Source: Octopus vulgaris
Taxonomy: Eukaryota
Assembly (NCBI GenBank): GCA_951406725.2
Contig: OX597817.1
Coordinates: forward strand, 136,462,001-136,526,000
DNA: 64,000 nucleotides
Direction: 5' to 3'
In this document: positions 12,330-24,792 of the stretch, in pieces
Numbering within the stretch: the stretch's first letter is position 1
Layout: each line of letters opens with the position of its first letter
The notes under the pieces: model-generated
What the model saw: only the letters and a program-made list of their open reading frames with translations
Databases searched by the model: none
Told to the model about the DNA's origin: nothing
Made by a program: the position numbers and the translations under genes

Positions 12330-12829
12330 TGTCCATCAACCTATTTCCCTTATAAAATATTAGTTAATCTGTAGCTGTAGCTGAAAAGACCAGCTAACAA
12401 TGTCCACATAGGACATTATGTCGTGCTTGAGAAGGAGGCCCATCAAGCCGAATGAAATTGCAGTCATGGCAGATACCAGTGTCATGCAAATGGCACCGAT
12501 GTCAGTGGTACATAAAAGCACCCATTACACTTGAAGTGGTTGGCGTTAAGAAGGGCATCCAGCCATAGAAAACCATGCCAAATCAGACTGGAGTTTTGTG
12601 CAGCCTTTCAGCTTACCAGCCCTGGTCAAATCGTTCAATCCATGCCAGCATGGGCAACAGATGTTAAATGATAATGAAAGAGATGCTAGCATGCCTGTAT
12701 GGTAAAGAAATTTGCCTTGGCATCACTTGATCAGGGGTTTGGTCCTCCTATGTGGACATCGTTAGCTGGTCTTTTCAGCTACAGCTACAGATTAACTAAT
12801 ACTTTATGAGGGAAATAGGTTGATGGACA
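12330..12829. repeat. 84-bp inverted repeat (12330-12413 / 12746-12829), 3 mismatches
   Basis: Direct base-by-base comparison with the reverse complement. Confidence 0.95.
12414..12678 (+). mobile_element. 5'-truncated RTE LINE 3' end
   Basis: gtgcttgagaag..gtggttggcgttaagaagggcatccagc..catgccagcatgg..gttaaatgataatga. Confidence 0.85.
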
Positions 12830-12845
12830 CTCAGAAAGGCTATCA
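12686..12845 (+). mobile_element. Old, degraded family B CORE-SINE head
   Basis: Aligns loosely to the family B head (gtatggtaaagaaatttgc..ggtttggtcc..gatggacactcagaaaggc). Confidence 0.5.
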
Positions 12846-13139
12846 TTTGTTTGTTAACATCAATTTTTCCTTGCTAGCTTAGGTCAGACAAATATGTTAT
12901 CAAAACATTGTTTTACAGTTAGATGATGCTCCTGATGCTAAACCTTCCTTGTTTCCAAGTGAGGGATCTTTTATACTACAAGCTTCGAAGATAAGTGGAT
13001 GATATCTTGATTAGAGAAATGCCAACAAAACACTGTGTGAATGCTGTACCTTTTGAAAATGCAAACGGTAAATTTAAGTAAACACAGAAACACACATGCA
13101 AGTAAGTACCCCTCCCCCCACATGCACATTTGTGCATGA

Positions 13140-13302
13140 CATCTTATTCTCTGTTTCTATTTTACTAAATTCTCCAACAAGGCTTTTGATAGCCTGACTT
13201 GATAGTATAGGGCAGTTGCCCAAGGTGCTGCTGTATAGGAGTGAATGTGAAACCATATAGTTGGGAGGCAAACTTCCTAACCTCTCAAGCCATGCTTGCA
13301 CC
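13140..13302 (-). mobile_element. Degraded family B CORE-SINE head
   Basis: caaggcttt..gatagtatagggcagttgcccaaggtgc..aaccatatagttgggaggcaaacttc. Confidence 0.6.
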
Positions 13303-13699
13303 TACACACACACGCACACACACACACTCTCTCTCATATATATTTGTGTGAGTGAGTTTGTATTTCTCCTCATTTTCGTACATGTGTGCTGTTTGTAAGT
13401 TAAAAAGCCCCACTGTTCTTATGACCAGCATTGTTTGCTTGCAGACTGCTGCATAAGCATGTTCAGGCTTGTTGACTTAACTTGACGTATGTTGTTTGTA
13501 AACAATGTCATTTGTCTCTAGTTATCCAAATAACCATGTCCAAGCTGTTTGATGCTTGATAAGACTAGGGAGATATAATCATCTTGCTTGGAAACAAGGG
13601 ACAACATTTGGCCATAGAAAACTTGGCTTTAGTGTAATCTTGTCAGACTCATGCAAGAATAGAAAAGTAAACTTTAAACTAATAATGATGATGAAAGAA

Positions 13700-14600
13700 T
13701 AAGTTTGACACATTTCTCTAATGCCATACACATTTCAATGTCACTGCTGAATCCTTGTACAATATTTGGTAAGTTCTCCAGTTTGCATTTTTTTCAAAAT
13801 CATCCTTATAGATGAAACAGTTTGTTCATAACATTTGCAACCATTGGTTGAACAATCAGACAGAAGAAATGTAATAGCAATTAGGAATTTTCCTCAAAAA
13901 TTTCTCTTCATCTTACTGTATTATTGCCCCATCCTTATTCTATATGATATAGCTGATATATTGTCTTAGTACACTCCCTAATATCTGGGAGTGTAATATG
14001 CTGTCACAAGAGTTTTGGTTATCAAACTATGCTTTGATTTTTGTTTCACCTTCTGGTGTCTCCGGTAGTTCTGCACATCATTATATATATCTTTTCAACA
14101 CCGTTTCTAGTCTTTTCTTTTATGATAACTTCATCTTTCAGATGACCCAATCTGTTGATGACCAGAGATAACAAGACTTTATATGTTGTTGGTAAACAAG
14201 TTATTGGTCTGTATTTTTCAGGGTCCTTGCAGTTTTGGGCTAGTAATATTGTTTTTTTCTTTATCCAAGTGTTGATTCTGGTCTTTGTAGTATTTCATTG
14301 AATGCTACTGATTTATGTGTATGACTTGAGAATTTTAACCAGTGATTTGGGGTCTTTATTAATCCTGGAAGCCTTCCAAACTAGTGGTCTTCATTGTATT
14401 GGTAAATTTCTCACTAATTATGCAGGGCCATGCTTGTGGTGTTATTGTATTTCTTTTTTATTCTCCATTTCCTTTCTTATCCATTGTACATCTCTATTGT
14501 CATCTACACACTGCTTCCATATGCTCTTCCAATACAACTGTATGTCTATTGTTGTTGGTTTATCTTTCATTGTGATGATCTTTTTTATTGATGTCTCAGT
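13700..14600 (-). pseudogene. Decayed R4/Dong-like non-LTR retrotransposon reverse transcriptase fragment
   Basis: The minus strand gives DPEKYRPITCLPTTYKVL (~14225-14172), remnants of WKAPG upstream, and ..DDLK..VQGFSSDIEM..LEKCVK downstream, in the expected RT order. Confidence 0.7.
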
Positions 14601-15070
14601 AGATTTGTTTAGCAATTGTTAACATGATTCTAATAGCAGATATGGTCATAGTTTACTTTATATTAGAGGCTGATGGAACTAATTGTAAAAGTTGAGCATG
14701 GCCTTAATTATATTTGAAATATTCAGTTCAATCACTTCAGTTCAGTGTTCAAATCTCAAGATTAATTTTAACTTTTTCCACTCTGAGCTAATAGAATAAA
14801 TATCAGTAATAATATATTAGACTATTGAAATTGTCTTTGTCCCTTCTCTTGAAGAATTATCATGTGGCTATTTCCTTGCCTCACCCAGTATTCATAATCA
14901 ATAAATGTATACAATAATTGTTGGTTTTGCCTCATGAATATTCTCCTTCCCATTCAGCTTCTACCTTATTCCTCATATCAACCCAGGTTTACGATTGTTT
15001 ACTGTTTTTATTCTTTGTCTTGTGTCAATATTTAATTTACCCAATAAACTATCTCCTACCAGTATATTTC

Positions 15071-15102
<32 letters not shown>

Positions 15103-15496
15103 AGTTAGTAGTTCCAGTTTAGATGAATGCCATAGATTTATGATGAACCATGCTGAACCTTCCAGGAGAAAGACAACAAGAAACCATAGTGAGGTTTTAG
15201 CAAAGTTAAAGGAAAAGGATAGACTAAGCTGATAGCAAAGGTAAGGCCATCTGCTGGGTCAAAGTATAACTGCACTGGCAAGGCAGTCTTGTGGAGAGTT
15301 GCACAAGTGACATAGAGGAGACAAATTGATTAATGCTTTTTTTGTTAACTTAAATACTTGAGCATCTCTTCATTCCATCAATACTGTTTGGCATTGAAAT
15401 TTATGTGCACTCTGACCTAATATTGTGTTGTTGATGATGAAGATGACCCAGCATCATCTGTATATTGATTCTGATCTCTCTCATACACACACGTGC

Positions 15497-15531
<35 letters not shown>

Positions 15532-15665
15532 GTGTCTCTTGATTTAATTTTAAAAAGTTTTTTCTCTTACATGCTTACAGTTAATTTCAATATTTAACTG
15601 GTTTTCTTCTTGTATTCCCTTCTGGTGAGCCTTTTACAGAATAGAAATTTTATTTATTATATATA

Positions 15666-16088
15666 AGGTGGTGAACTGGCAGAAACGTTAGCACGCTGGG
15701 CGAAATGCTTAGCGGTATTTTGTCTGCCGCTACGTTCTGAGTTCAAATTCCGCCGAGGTCGACTTTGCTTTCATCCTTTCAGGATCGATAAATTAAGTAC
15801 CAGTTACGCACTGGGGTTGATGTAATCGACTTAATACCTATGTCTGTCCTTGTTTGTCCCCTCTATGTTTAGCCTCCCTAGTGGGTAATAAAGAAATAGG
15901 TATTTCGTCTGCCATTACATTCTGAGTTCAAATTCCACCAAGGTCGGCTTTGCCTTTCATCCTTTCGGGGTTGATAAATTAAGTACCAGTTACACACTGG
16001 GGTTGATGTAATCGACTTAATCCCTTTGTCTGTCCTTGTTTGTCCTCTCTATGTTTAGCTCCTTGTGGGCAATAACGAAATAAGAAAT
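15666..16088 (+). mobile_element. Young family A SINE with tandemly duplicated body
   Basis: One tRNA-like head followed by two ~190-bp bodies (gtattt(t/c)gtctgcc..gagttcaaattcc..gtcgactttgc..ttcatccttt..gataaattaagtaccagtt..aataaagaaat). CpGs are retained. Confidence 0.9.
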
Positions 16089-18783
16089 TTTCTTTATTAG
16101 AGGTGTGTGTGTGTGTGTGTATATATATCTGTTTGGGTGTGAAACAGCTAGTTCGATGTCAGATCTGCATGGAGTAAATAAATTTGGAATAATTATAAAA
16201 TAGGTAATCATTTCAGTTGATTGCCAAATATGACTGTTTAAAAATGAACTCGTTTGATTGTTAAAGCTCTGTGACTAGGAATATTTGTTGTACCTTTGAC
16301 AAGATCTGAACTGTTAACCATTCAGCTGATTGTCCAATGCCCTATCCACTACACCAGTGGATTGTCTTATATGCACTGTTTGCAAAATTTTATTTTTGTT
16401 TATCAGAAAATATTGTTTATAGATAAAATTTTCTTCATGAACTTCTAAATATACATAAAACTTTATACTGTATTATTGCTGAAAAAAATCTTTTGACCCT
16501 TATTGTTCTGCTTGATTGCATTTTGAAATATCTTCCTGTCTTTCTCTCAAATTATGATTGCGTCTCAGCACATATAGAATGAATTATAAAATCAACAACA
16601 AAATTGAAAAAGGAAAATATATTTCCAAAAACTATCAAAAGTGATAGAGAAAACTTTTTATCATATAATTATATTTTTAATTCCGATAATTTTAGTTTCG
16701 TTTTTAGTACCTTAATTTTTTGTTTATATATTTTCATGCTGTATTTCACACCCAAACATGTACACACACACACACACACACTTACATATATATATAAAAT
16801 TGTACTTGTATGATTTATCTGGAATGCTACTAGAAACAAGGAGTTATTGTGAATTATAAATATTTGAACAGCTCTAAACAATATCCTTGATAAAACAACA
16901 CAGATTCATAATAAAATCTGAATTAATTTCTTTATTGTCTCATCTCTACCTTCATTGAATAGAAGTAATTCATATAACACACTTATTTTTGAACAGTTTT
17001 TTTCGCTTTACATATACTTTCTTTTAAAATTCATTTTATTTTTTTTCCATTAATTTTTTGTGTGTATCTTAGCTTAATTTTTTTTCTTTTTAAAATAGTT
17101 CTTTGGAAACCTAATTGCATGAGATGTAGATCATATGAGCAAGATAATTTCTAAGCATTTGTTTTTATAATCTTCAAAATATGGCAACTGTTGTAGCTAA
17201 AGGCTTTCACTGACTTAGAAAATACCATCAACAAAAAAAAATATTCTTTATGGACATACATACATACATACATACATATATACATACTTAGATGTATGGG
17301 TAGAGTGGGAGAACAATATTTGAATTATCCATTAATTTCCTTGTTAAATATCAGTTAATTACAGAAAATAAATCACCTTGTGAAATAATTTATTAATATT
17401 TTTTACTTGATTTCTATTTGTATTGTCAGTGAAAAAAGCAACAAAACAATTGTGTATCTTTGATCAATATAGAATTTTCATTAAGTTGCATTGATATTTT
17501 CTTGTATTTCACTGAAACTTAAGTTCCTGTTTTTGATCTGATATATTTTTTGAAATCAATTTTGACCTAAGTTTGTATATATTTAATTTTTTTAAATTTT
17601 TGTTTCTATTTGTAGAAACTATTTTGTATATTAGAGAAATCTATATGTAAACAAATAATCTATTCAATAAAATTCATTTGTATTATGTTATTTAAAAAAT
17701 AATTTAAACAATAAAAAAAAAACTCTGTTTGTAAAACTTTTCTATTAAATTCATTTTGGTAAAAAGAGGGTGGGAGAATCTTTTCAAAGTTTGTTTTTCA
17801 TGTGTTGTAGGTTTCTGAATGTCTGTGCTGATATGGTTTCTTTTCTTCTCTGATCACTCTTTCAGTATTTTATTGACTTGCTGCTGGTGTACTCACTGTT
17901 CTTACTGTCAAATGCACTGTAACATCCATGTTAGTTTGATACATGCTGTTGGGTAAGTAAATGCTATAATTTCTACTGTTTTAATGATTAAAATGATTCT
18001 GTTTCCATGAGCCACAGAAGATTTTAGCATTTCATGCTTGAAAAAAGAATTTCTTTTCAGATAAAATTTCCATTTACAGCAGGTAACATTCCCTGAAGAT
18101 TTGGTATTTATATTGCCTTTACCTAAATGAACTGAAGCATACCATAATCACAAATAAATGAATAAACAAACACATAGAATTTGAACCCTTCATCCATTCA
18201 TTTGAATTGTGACACTCTTCTTTGATTGGCCACTTCAGCTCTATGTTTTATTGATTAATGAAATGAACAAGCCAGCAGTAACAATTTTTTACTCGTAAAC
18301 TGTAATCAAATATATTAGTTTGACATTGAGAAGTTTGTGCCTATGGCCTTCTTCACGGCACCCTGCTTCCCAAAATTGGTGAGATATTGGTAACAGAATA
18401 GGGGGTGGGGTGAGAGAAGGAAAAGAAGTAGAAGTGGTACAAACATTATCTAGGTCCAGGGAGCAGAAGAGGACAGTGTAGTAGTAGTAGTAGTAGTAAA
18501 AAGAAAGTTTTGAGAGAGGAAACCGCATATCTGTGAACCAAGGGTTCAAATGTGTTGGTGAGAATTCATGTTAACCAGTGACTTTTTTTTTCTGGCTGTA
18601 TGTGTATCAGCAACATAATTTTATGTGCAGGAACAGCAGTATTATGTTGTATACCCACCTAAGCTTTGTAGAGGGTTATCAGTATTTGTTGAAGTATGAA
18701 GAAAAGGACCAGTCTTGGTGATGCAGTCTGATGCATGATAATTTTTAATGAAACCACAATGTTTGGAATTTTGTGGGAAACAA

Positions 18784-18791
<8 letters not shown>

Positions 18792-18836
<45 letters not shown>
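18792..18836. repeat. (AG)n microsatellite
   Basis: Direct reading. Confidence 0.95.
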
Positions 18837-18838
<2 letters not shown>

Positions 18839-19084
18839 AACTGCACTTAGAATTGAATTGATTGTTAGAAAGAGCCAAACCCATCCATCTCAGTTAAAAA
18901 TGTAATCTTATATGACATGAATTGATTTCTTAGATAAGCATAAGACTAGAAACCTTATGGAATGGATCAGGCAATTCTGACAACCCCTATTCATGACTAG
19001 TTCTTTATTTAAGGACCCCAGAATAATGAAAAGCAAATTTGACTACAGTGAGATTTGAACTCTTTAAATTAAATCAATATTAAG

Positions 19085-19088
<4 letters not shown>

Positions 19089-19143
<55 letters not shown>
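19089..19143. repeat. (TA)n microsatellite
   Basis: Direct reading. Confidence 0.95.
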
Positions 19144-19145
<2 letters not shown>

Positions 19146-20754
19146 TATCCAACCATGTTATAACTCTATTCTTCATATGTGGTTCACCATCACTGCCATA
19201 TATGATGGAGGGTTATGCCAGAAGAAACGTTTGAGAGTCCCTGCTGTATGTAAATCAATTAAAACTAATCAATCGGGAATTAAAATGTTTTATACACTCC
19301 ACTCCCCAAAATAATTTAGCATTTAATGATTCTTTGAAATTCCCTAAATTTTATAAACTCCTACTAAAGTTTTGCAAGTTGATTGTGTAGAGATGTATGA
19401 ATGTGTATATATATGTGTGTGTGTGCACCTTGTTGCATATAGGCATGTGTTGTGTTGGTTTGTGTTGAGTTATGTTTTTTGTGTTGGCATTTGGGCAAGT
19501 TTTTGTTTGAATGTGAGTAGTTAATGATGTTTCCTAGAGTTTTGTCTGTATGTGCTTTGTTGCATGTGCACATGTATGGGTGATGTCTTTTTTTTTTTTT
19601 TTGTTTTAGTATTTTTTCATGTCAACATGCAGCTAATTTAAAAGTTTTACCTGAATTTTTAAAGCAAGTGATCCTTATACCAACCACTCAACCTCAATTC
19701 TGAAAACATAATTAGATTAATTAAATTTGTCTATTTACAAATTGCTGTGTTTATGGCATGCTTTGAACAAAGACATTTGTGTATGTGTGTGATTAAGCAG
19801 CATGAAATCAATTTTAACTGTATGTAATTTCACTAAATGGTAAAGATGGCACAAATAGTATAGAATTAAATTCAAAAATTTTCAATGTTTAGATGGGGTT
19901 TCATAATTCTTAGTTCAAACTGTGAACTTCATTCGTTACATTCATTGTTACATTGATAACCACTTGTAAATATCCTGGTATTCATTCAATTGGCTACATC
20001 CTTTCTACTTAGAAAAACTATTGTACTTAAGACATGGTTACATTGTGTAGTGTGTGTATGTGTGTGTGAGAAAGAGAGAGAGAGAGAGATTTTTTAATTC
20101 ATTAAAAGAGACTGATTGTAGTGCTGAACTTAAAGCACCTGAATAAAGTAGGAGTTGCAGTGGAAGAATTAACGATCAGTTGTTATTGTTGTAGTAGGGT
20201 GATGGATTAATGTGCTGGGCAAAATGCCTGACTGTATTTACTTAAGGCCTTCTACAGTCTAGGTTCAAGTCCCAACAAGGTTGATAAATAAGTACCTGTT
20301 ATATACTAGGGATTCTGATTGTCACCCTTAGCTAAGCTGTTCTTGATTCAATTTAATTTCTGACCTTGTATTTATGCTACAAATTCTTATTATAGTTGTA
20401 AATACCAATATCATTATCAACCATTATAATAAACACCAGACATTGACATCCGTAACAAACATTATTCCAACAAATGTATAAGCTCCTGAAGAGGCTTCAA
20501 AATTCTCCCTTAATATGCTAAAAGCAGCAACTAAATCACCCTGAAAAATCACGTCTTCCATCTGTTTGATTGCTTTTCTTTTTTTTTTTAGTTACATCTC
20601 ATGTATAATTAATCTACTAAACATGCAAATAGAATCCAAACCATGCTACAATCATTGTATTGTGCTTCTATGAATCAGCTGATGATAAAAGTAAATGGAT
20701 TGCCTCAAGTTGTTTCATCAACCAAACTACCAACTTTATGAATTATAGTATCAC

Positions 20755-20975
20755 TGGCTGAGTATTTCACAGACACCTGTACTTTTAACCTTCACTAGAA
20801 TCAGTGATGCAGCCTGTAATAAGGTTGGCCCCCTTCATTAGTTTCTGTCTCCATCAGTTTCAGTAGAGCAGGGACTATGGTAGCAAACAGACACTTATCT
20901 TAGCATGTTGCACAGAGGGATCAAACTCATGACCTCGTGATTGCAAAGCACATTTGTTTATCATTTGGCCACCAC
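20755..20975 (-). mobile_element. Degraded tRNA-derived CORE SINE related to 31941-32560
   Basis: gctgagtatttcacagacacctgtacttttaac..ggatcaaactcatgacctcgtgattgc is the reverse complement of the 31.9-kb element's body and head. Confidence 0.5.
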
Positions 20976-23900
20976 ACTTTAGTGATATGATGACTCTAGA
21001 GAGTGAAGACTAACCCAACTGCAAAACCATTTACTCCACCAATAATATTGACATTCATAAAATTGCTAAACAACAATTGTGTGATTAAATGGTTACTTTT
21101 ATTGTTTATCTATTTGTTTTCAAAATTATTATTTCAAAATGTTTTTAGAACATTTTGCTAGATTCTGTAGGCAGAGTTTTTTAAACATTCTGTTTGAATG
21201 TCTTGAACCACTTAGGTCCATCATTTTTATCATTGCTGTGGCTAGAAGTCATTGGTGCTGCCATTATTTTTTTTCTGTCTATCTGTTTAACTCGTTTCTT
21301 TTTTCTAGTTTCTAAATATATTTGTTGTTTATATCATTTTTATTACCAAAATTATTGTTCATTAACCAGTTTATTTTACATCTATCTTTCTATACTTGCA
21401 TACTTACATTTTATCTCTGTTAAATTAATTGATTGCTGTTTGACAGCTAATATTGCTTAATGAACAAATTATGTTAAAAATGTATTTTTTAATAATAATT
21501 ATGATGAGCTTATTGTAATATAGTGCTAAGATGCATTACAACAGGTCAGAAAACGTTTTTTACCATTTTCTGACTGAGTGTTCAGAAAGCAGTTATAAGT
21601 CAAGTAAGGAAAGACAGCAATGATAGTCAAAATTACATGTACAGAACAACAGTTAAAGCAAAAAGATAAAAAAGTTACACAGGACCCTGTCTTGTATAGG
21701 AACTTTGTCAGCATGATATTGCATCAATTGTTTTTATTATAAATTGTTTTAATTTACATTTTAACATTACACCAGATTTCTGTTTCTGTAAGTTACACAA
21801 ATAACAATATGTGTTCCGTACTAGTGAACATAAAAGCAAAAGAATGAGTGTTTTTGAGAAATGATACTCATTAGGTTGCAGCAGTATCATTACACAGAGG
21901 GGGAAAGAAAATCACAATAGGCTATTGTAAAAGGTAAATTTAGAGTAAAGTTAGTTATGTTTCAGAAGAATAGATAAAACTGTAGTCCGCTATAATATGA
22001 AATTAGTTTAACCTATCTCCCAAAGGCATGGCAAACTAATGCTCTCTCTCTCTCTCTCTTGTTTCCCCATTCTTTATCAAATATAATTTCACAGTTTCTA
22101 GCAGAGAGCAGTGATGCCTCTTTTCTATAAATAGGTTGCAAGACTAAGTTGGGACCGATTACCAGTTTAGGTCCAGTGGAAAGAGTTCAGTAATGACACA
22201 CAATAATAAACATGTTCCACAAGTACCTGTCGTATATTTGGGTTATTACTTGAGTGATTATTTATCTTCTGAACAACTGACTCTCAGAATATCAACAACT
22301 TTGCTGTTCCCTGCTGGTATTGGTGTCAGCAGTGGCAGATTCATGTTTAAGACATATTGAAAAAGATAGATTTGATGTCAATGAAGGGGTTTTCATATTT
22401 TCTTTCAACATTTTAACCTGCTTTGTTGTTTGATTAAATACTTGACATTTTTTACACTTTAATTACTATTTAATTACATTCATTATATCAAATTGCTTTC
22501 TTTATGTTTCATTAGTTTGCACCAACTAAAATGTCACTTATAAGTCTCTTAATATTTGCCTTCTTCATACTTCAATCAATGAATTAATAACCCTCCCCCC
22601 CACTTTTTTATGAATGTTTGTTAGAGAGTTCATTATAAGTCAAAATTTTTTTTACATTTAGCCATTAAAAAAAATTCTTTCTTTTCAATTTGTTATATAT
22701 TTAAGATGATATTTTTGATATAATTTAATCCAGAATTTAAAATCTAGGTTTTAAATAAAAAAAAATATTTTATATTTATCTACAGACACCATGTCCTTGA
22801 TTATAACATTAGCATGTTACTTGTATAATTGCTAATATCCTAAAATAATTAAACAGAATCATAAACCTGCTGCTGCCACGCATCTCCTTTTCTTTATATT
22901 ATTTATTTTCCTTTCTCTTTTTTTTTTCCACATTCAAAATTTCTTAAATGAATTGACATTGCTCACTTTCATTTCTTTCAAATTTATCTTTGGCATTCTC
23001 TATTCTTTCACCAGTTTTTTAAGTACTTTGATTTTAATTTCCTCTGATTTTTAATTAGCCTTGAGAAATCTTTTTAGTATGATTACAACCTTTTACGGAA
23101 TATTTTTAATAGGTATGTTAGATGTTGTTTTTTCCTGACGTATTTCCAAATTTTAAGTTGGAATATGAGTGTTTGTGTTTGTAAGCCAGTCATTTATAAT
23201 AATTGGAGCCTTTTGTGAAGTCATCATAGCTTTGTGTTTACACTCGTTTCTTCATCGTCATAGCCAGTTCTACTCTGTTGATTTCATAGAAAGGAAATGA
23301 AACCCTTCTGTCACCATTCAGTGTTCAGCTTCAACACTCATTGCCAATATCCAAGCAGCTGTTTTGCTGCCAACTTCTATATAATGTCTTCTTTTTCAAT
23401 CATTTGAAGATTTGATTATTTTGATTTATACAAAATATAAAATGTTGAACATTAGCAGAAAGATTCATACATACTTTAAAGAGACTAAGCCAATAGACCT
23501 TTTAGTTAATTTCCAGCATTCAAAAAAACAAATATTTTCCAGCACAAATACTTGTAAATGAAAAGTATTTCCAGGACACATTTGTTGTGGTTTGTGGGTA
23601 AAGTTCTTGACTCCAGTGTAGGTGAATTTAGGGTGTGGCAGGATTTAATGCTGATTGAAAATCGGTGACACCATATTACCTGTGGTGTGAAGATGATTCA
23701 AGTTTCTTCTGCTACAACAGCTCCTAAGCATACACTTGCTCTGTATAAGGACAAATACTATAACAATATCTTTGACTATGAAGTAATGCACTGAAAACTA
23801 TATATATTGTTTTTAGTGCATATATGTGTATAGAATATATTTTTCTCTAGCCAGATACCCTTCCTGTTGCAAAACTTCACCTGTTTCCAAGCCAGGTATT

Positions 23901-24195
23901 ATTTCCCAATGGGCAGGCATGTTTTCACAGACTGTTAAGAATGACACTACTTGTATAATAATGACACAATCTGAATAGTAACAGTTTTAGTAGGATCTGT
24001 TGTGGGAGGTGAACTGACACTTATCAGTTTGTCCAGCTAGCTAATAAGCTGAGACTTTGAAGTCACTGTCAGCTTTTTTCTTGAAAAAATTAATAATTAT
24101 GTACACTACTAAAAAGTATTGCATGAGTCTTTGATTCAATGATTAATTGCTTTATATAAATCTTTACACAAAAACAAACTCTATGTATGTGTGCT

Positions 24196-24792
24196 TCATC
24201 ATCATCATCGTTTAACGTCTGCTTTCCATGCTGGCATGGGTTGAATGGTTTGACTGTAGAGTGGCAAGCCAGGAGGCTGCACCAGGCTCCAATCTGATCT
24301 TGTGCGTTTTCTACAGATGGATGCTCTTCTAATGCCAACCACTCTGAGAGTGTAGTGGGTGCTTTTTACATGCCACCAGCATGAGGGCCAGTCAGGTGGT
24401 ACTGGCACTGACCATGCTCGAATGGTGCTTTTTATGTGCCACCAGCACAGGAGCCAGTCAGGCAGCACTGACAACAACAACGCTCCAATGATGCTTTTTA
24501 CATGCCACCAGCATGGGAGCCAGTGAGGCGACATTGGCAATGGCCATGCTTGAGTGGTGCTTTTTACAGGTGGCACTGGCATCGGCCACATTGATATGGT
24601 GCATTTTACATGCCAGTCAGGCACTACTGGCATCAGCCACGTCAATGATTTCACTTGACTCAACAGGTCTTCTCAAGTATGGTGTACTGCCCAACGACTG
24701 AAGGGTACTCAATGTGACATTGGCATAGGTCACAGTTATGGTCTCAATTGGCTTGCCAGGTCTTCTCAAGCACAGCATATCTCCAAAGGTCT
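24196..24792 (-). mobile_element. RTE LINE 3' end with ~5 internal ~60-bp tandem units
   Basis: (CAT)n-cgtttaacgtctgctttccatgctggcatggg start, repeated ggtgctttt(t)acatgccaccagca..gccagtcagg..cactggc units, and a duplicated ggtcttctcaag ORF end. Confidence 0.9.

Noticed and set aside
24205-24663. 152-aa repetitive ORF (WWHVKST repeats) and CRISPR-like periodicity
   Set aside because: It is the tandem unit of the RTE 3' UTR. There are no unique spacers or cas genes, and the context is eukaryotic.
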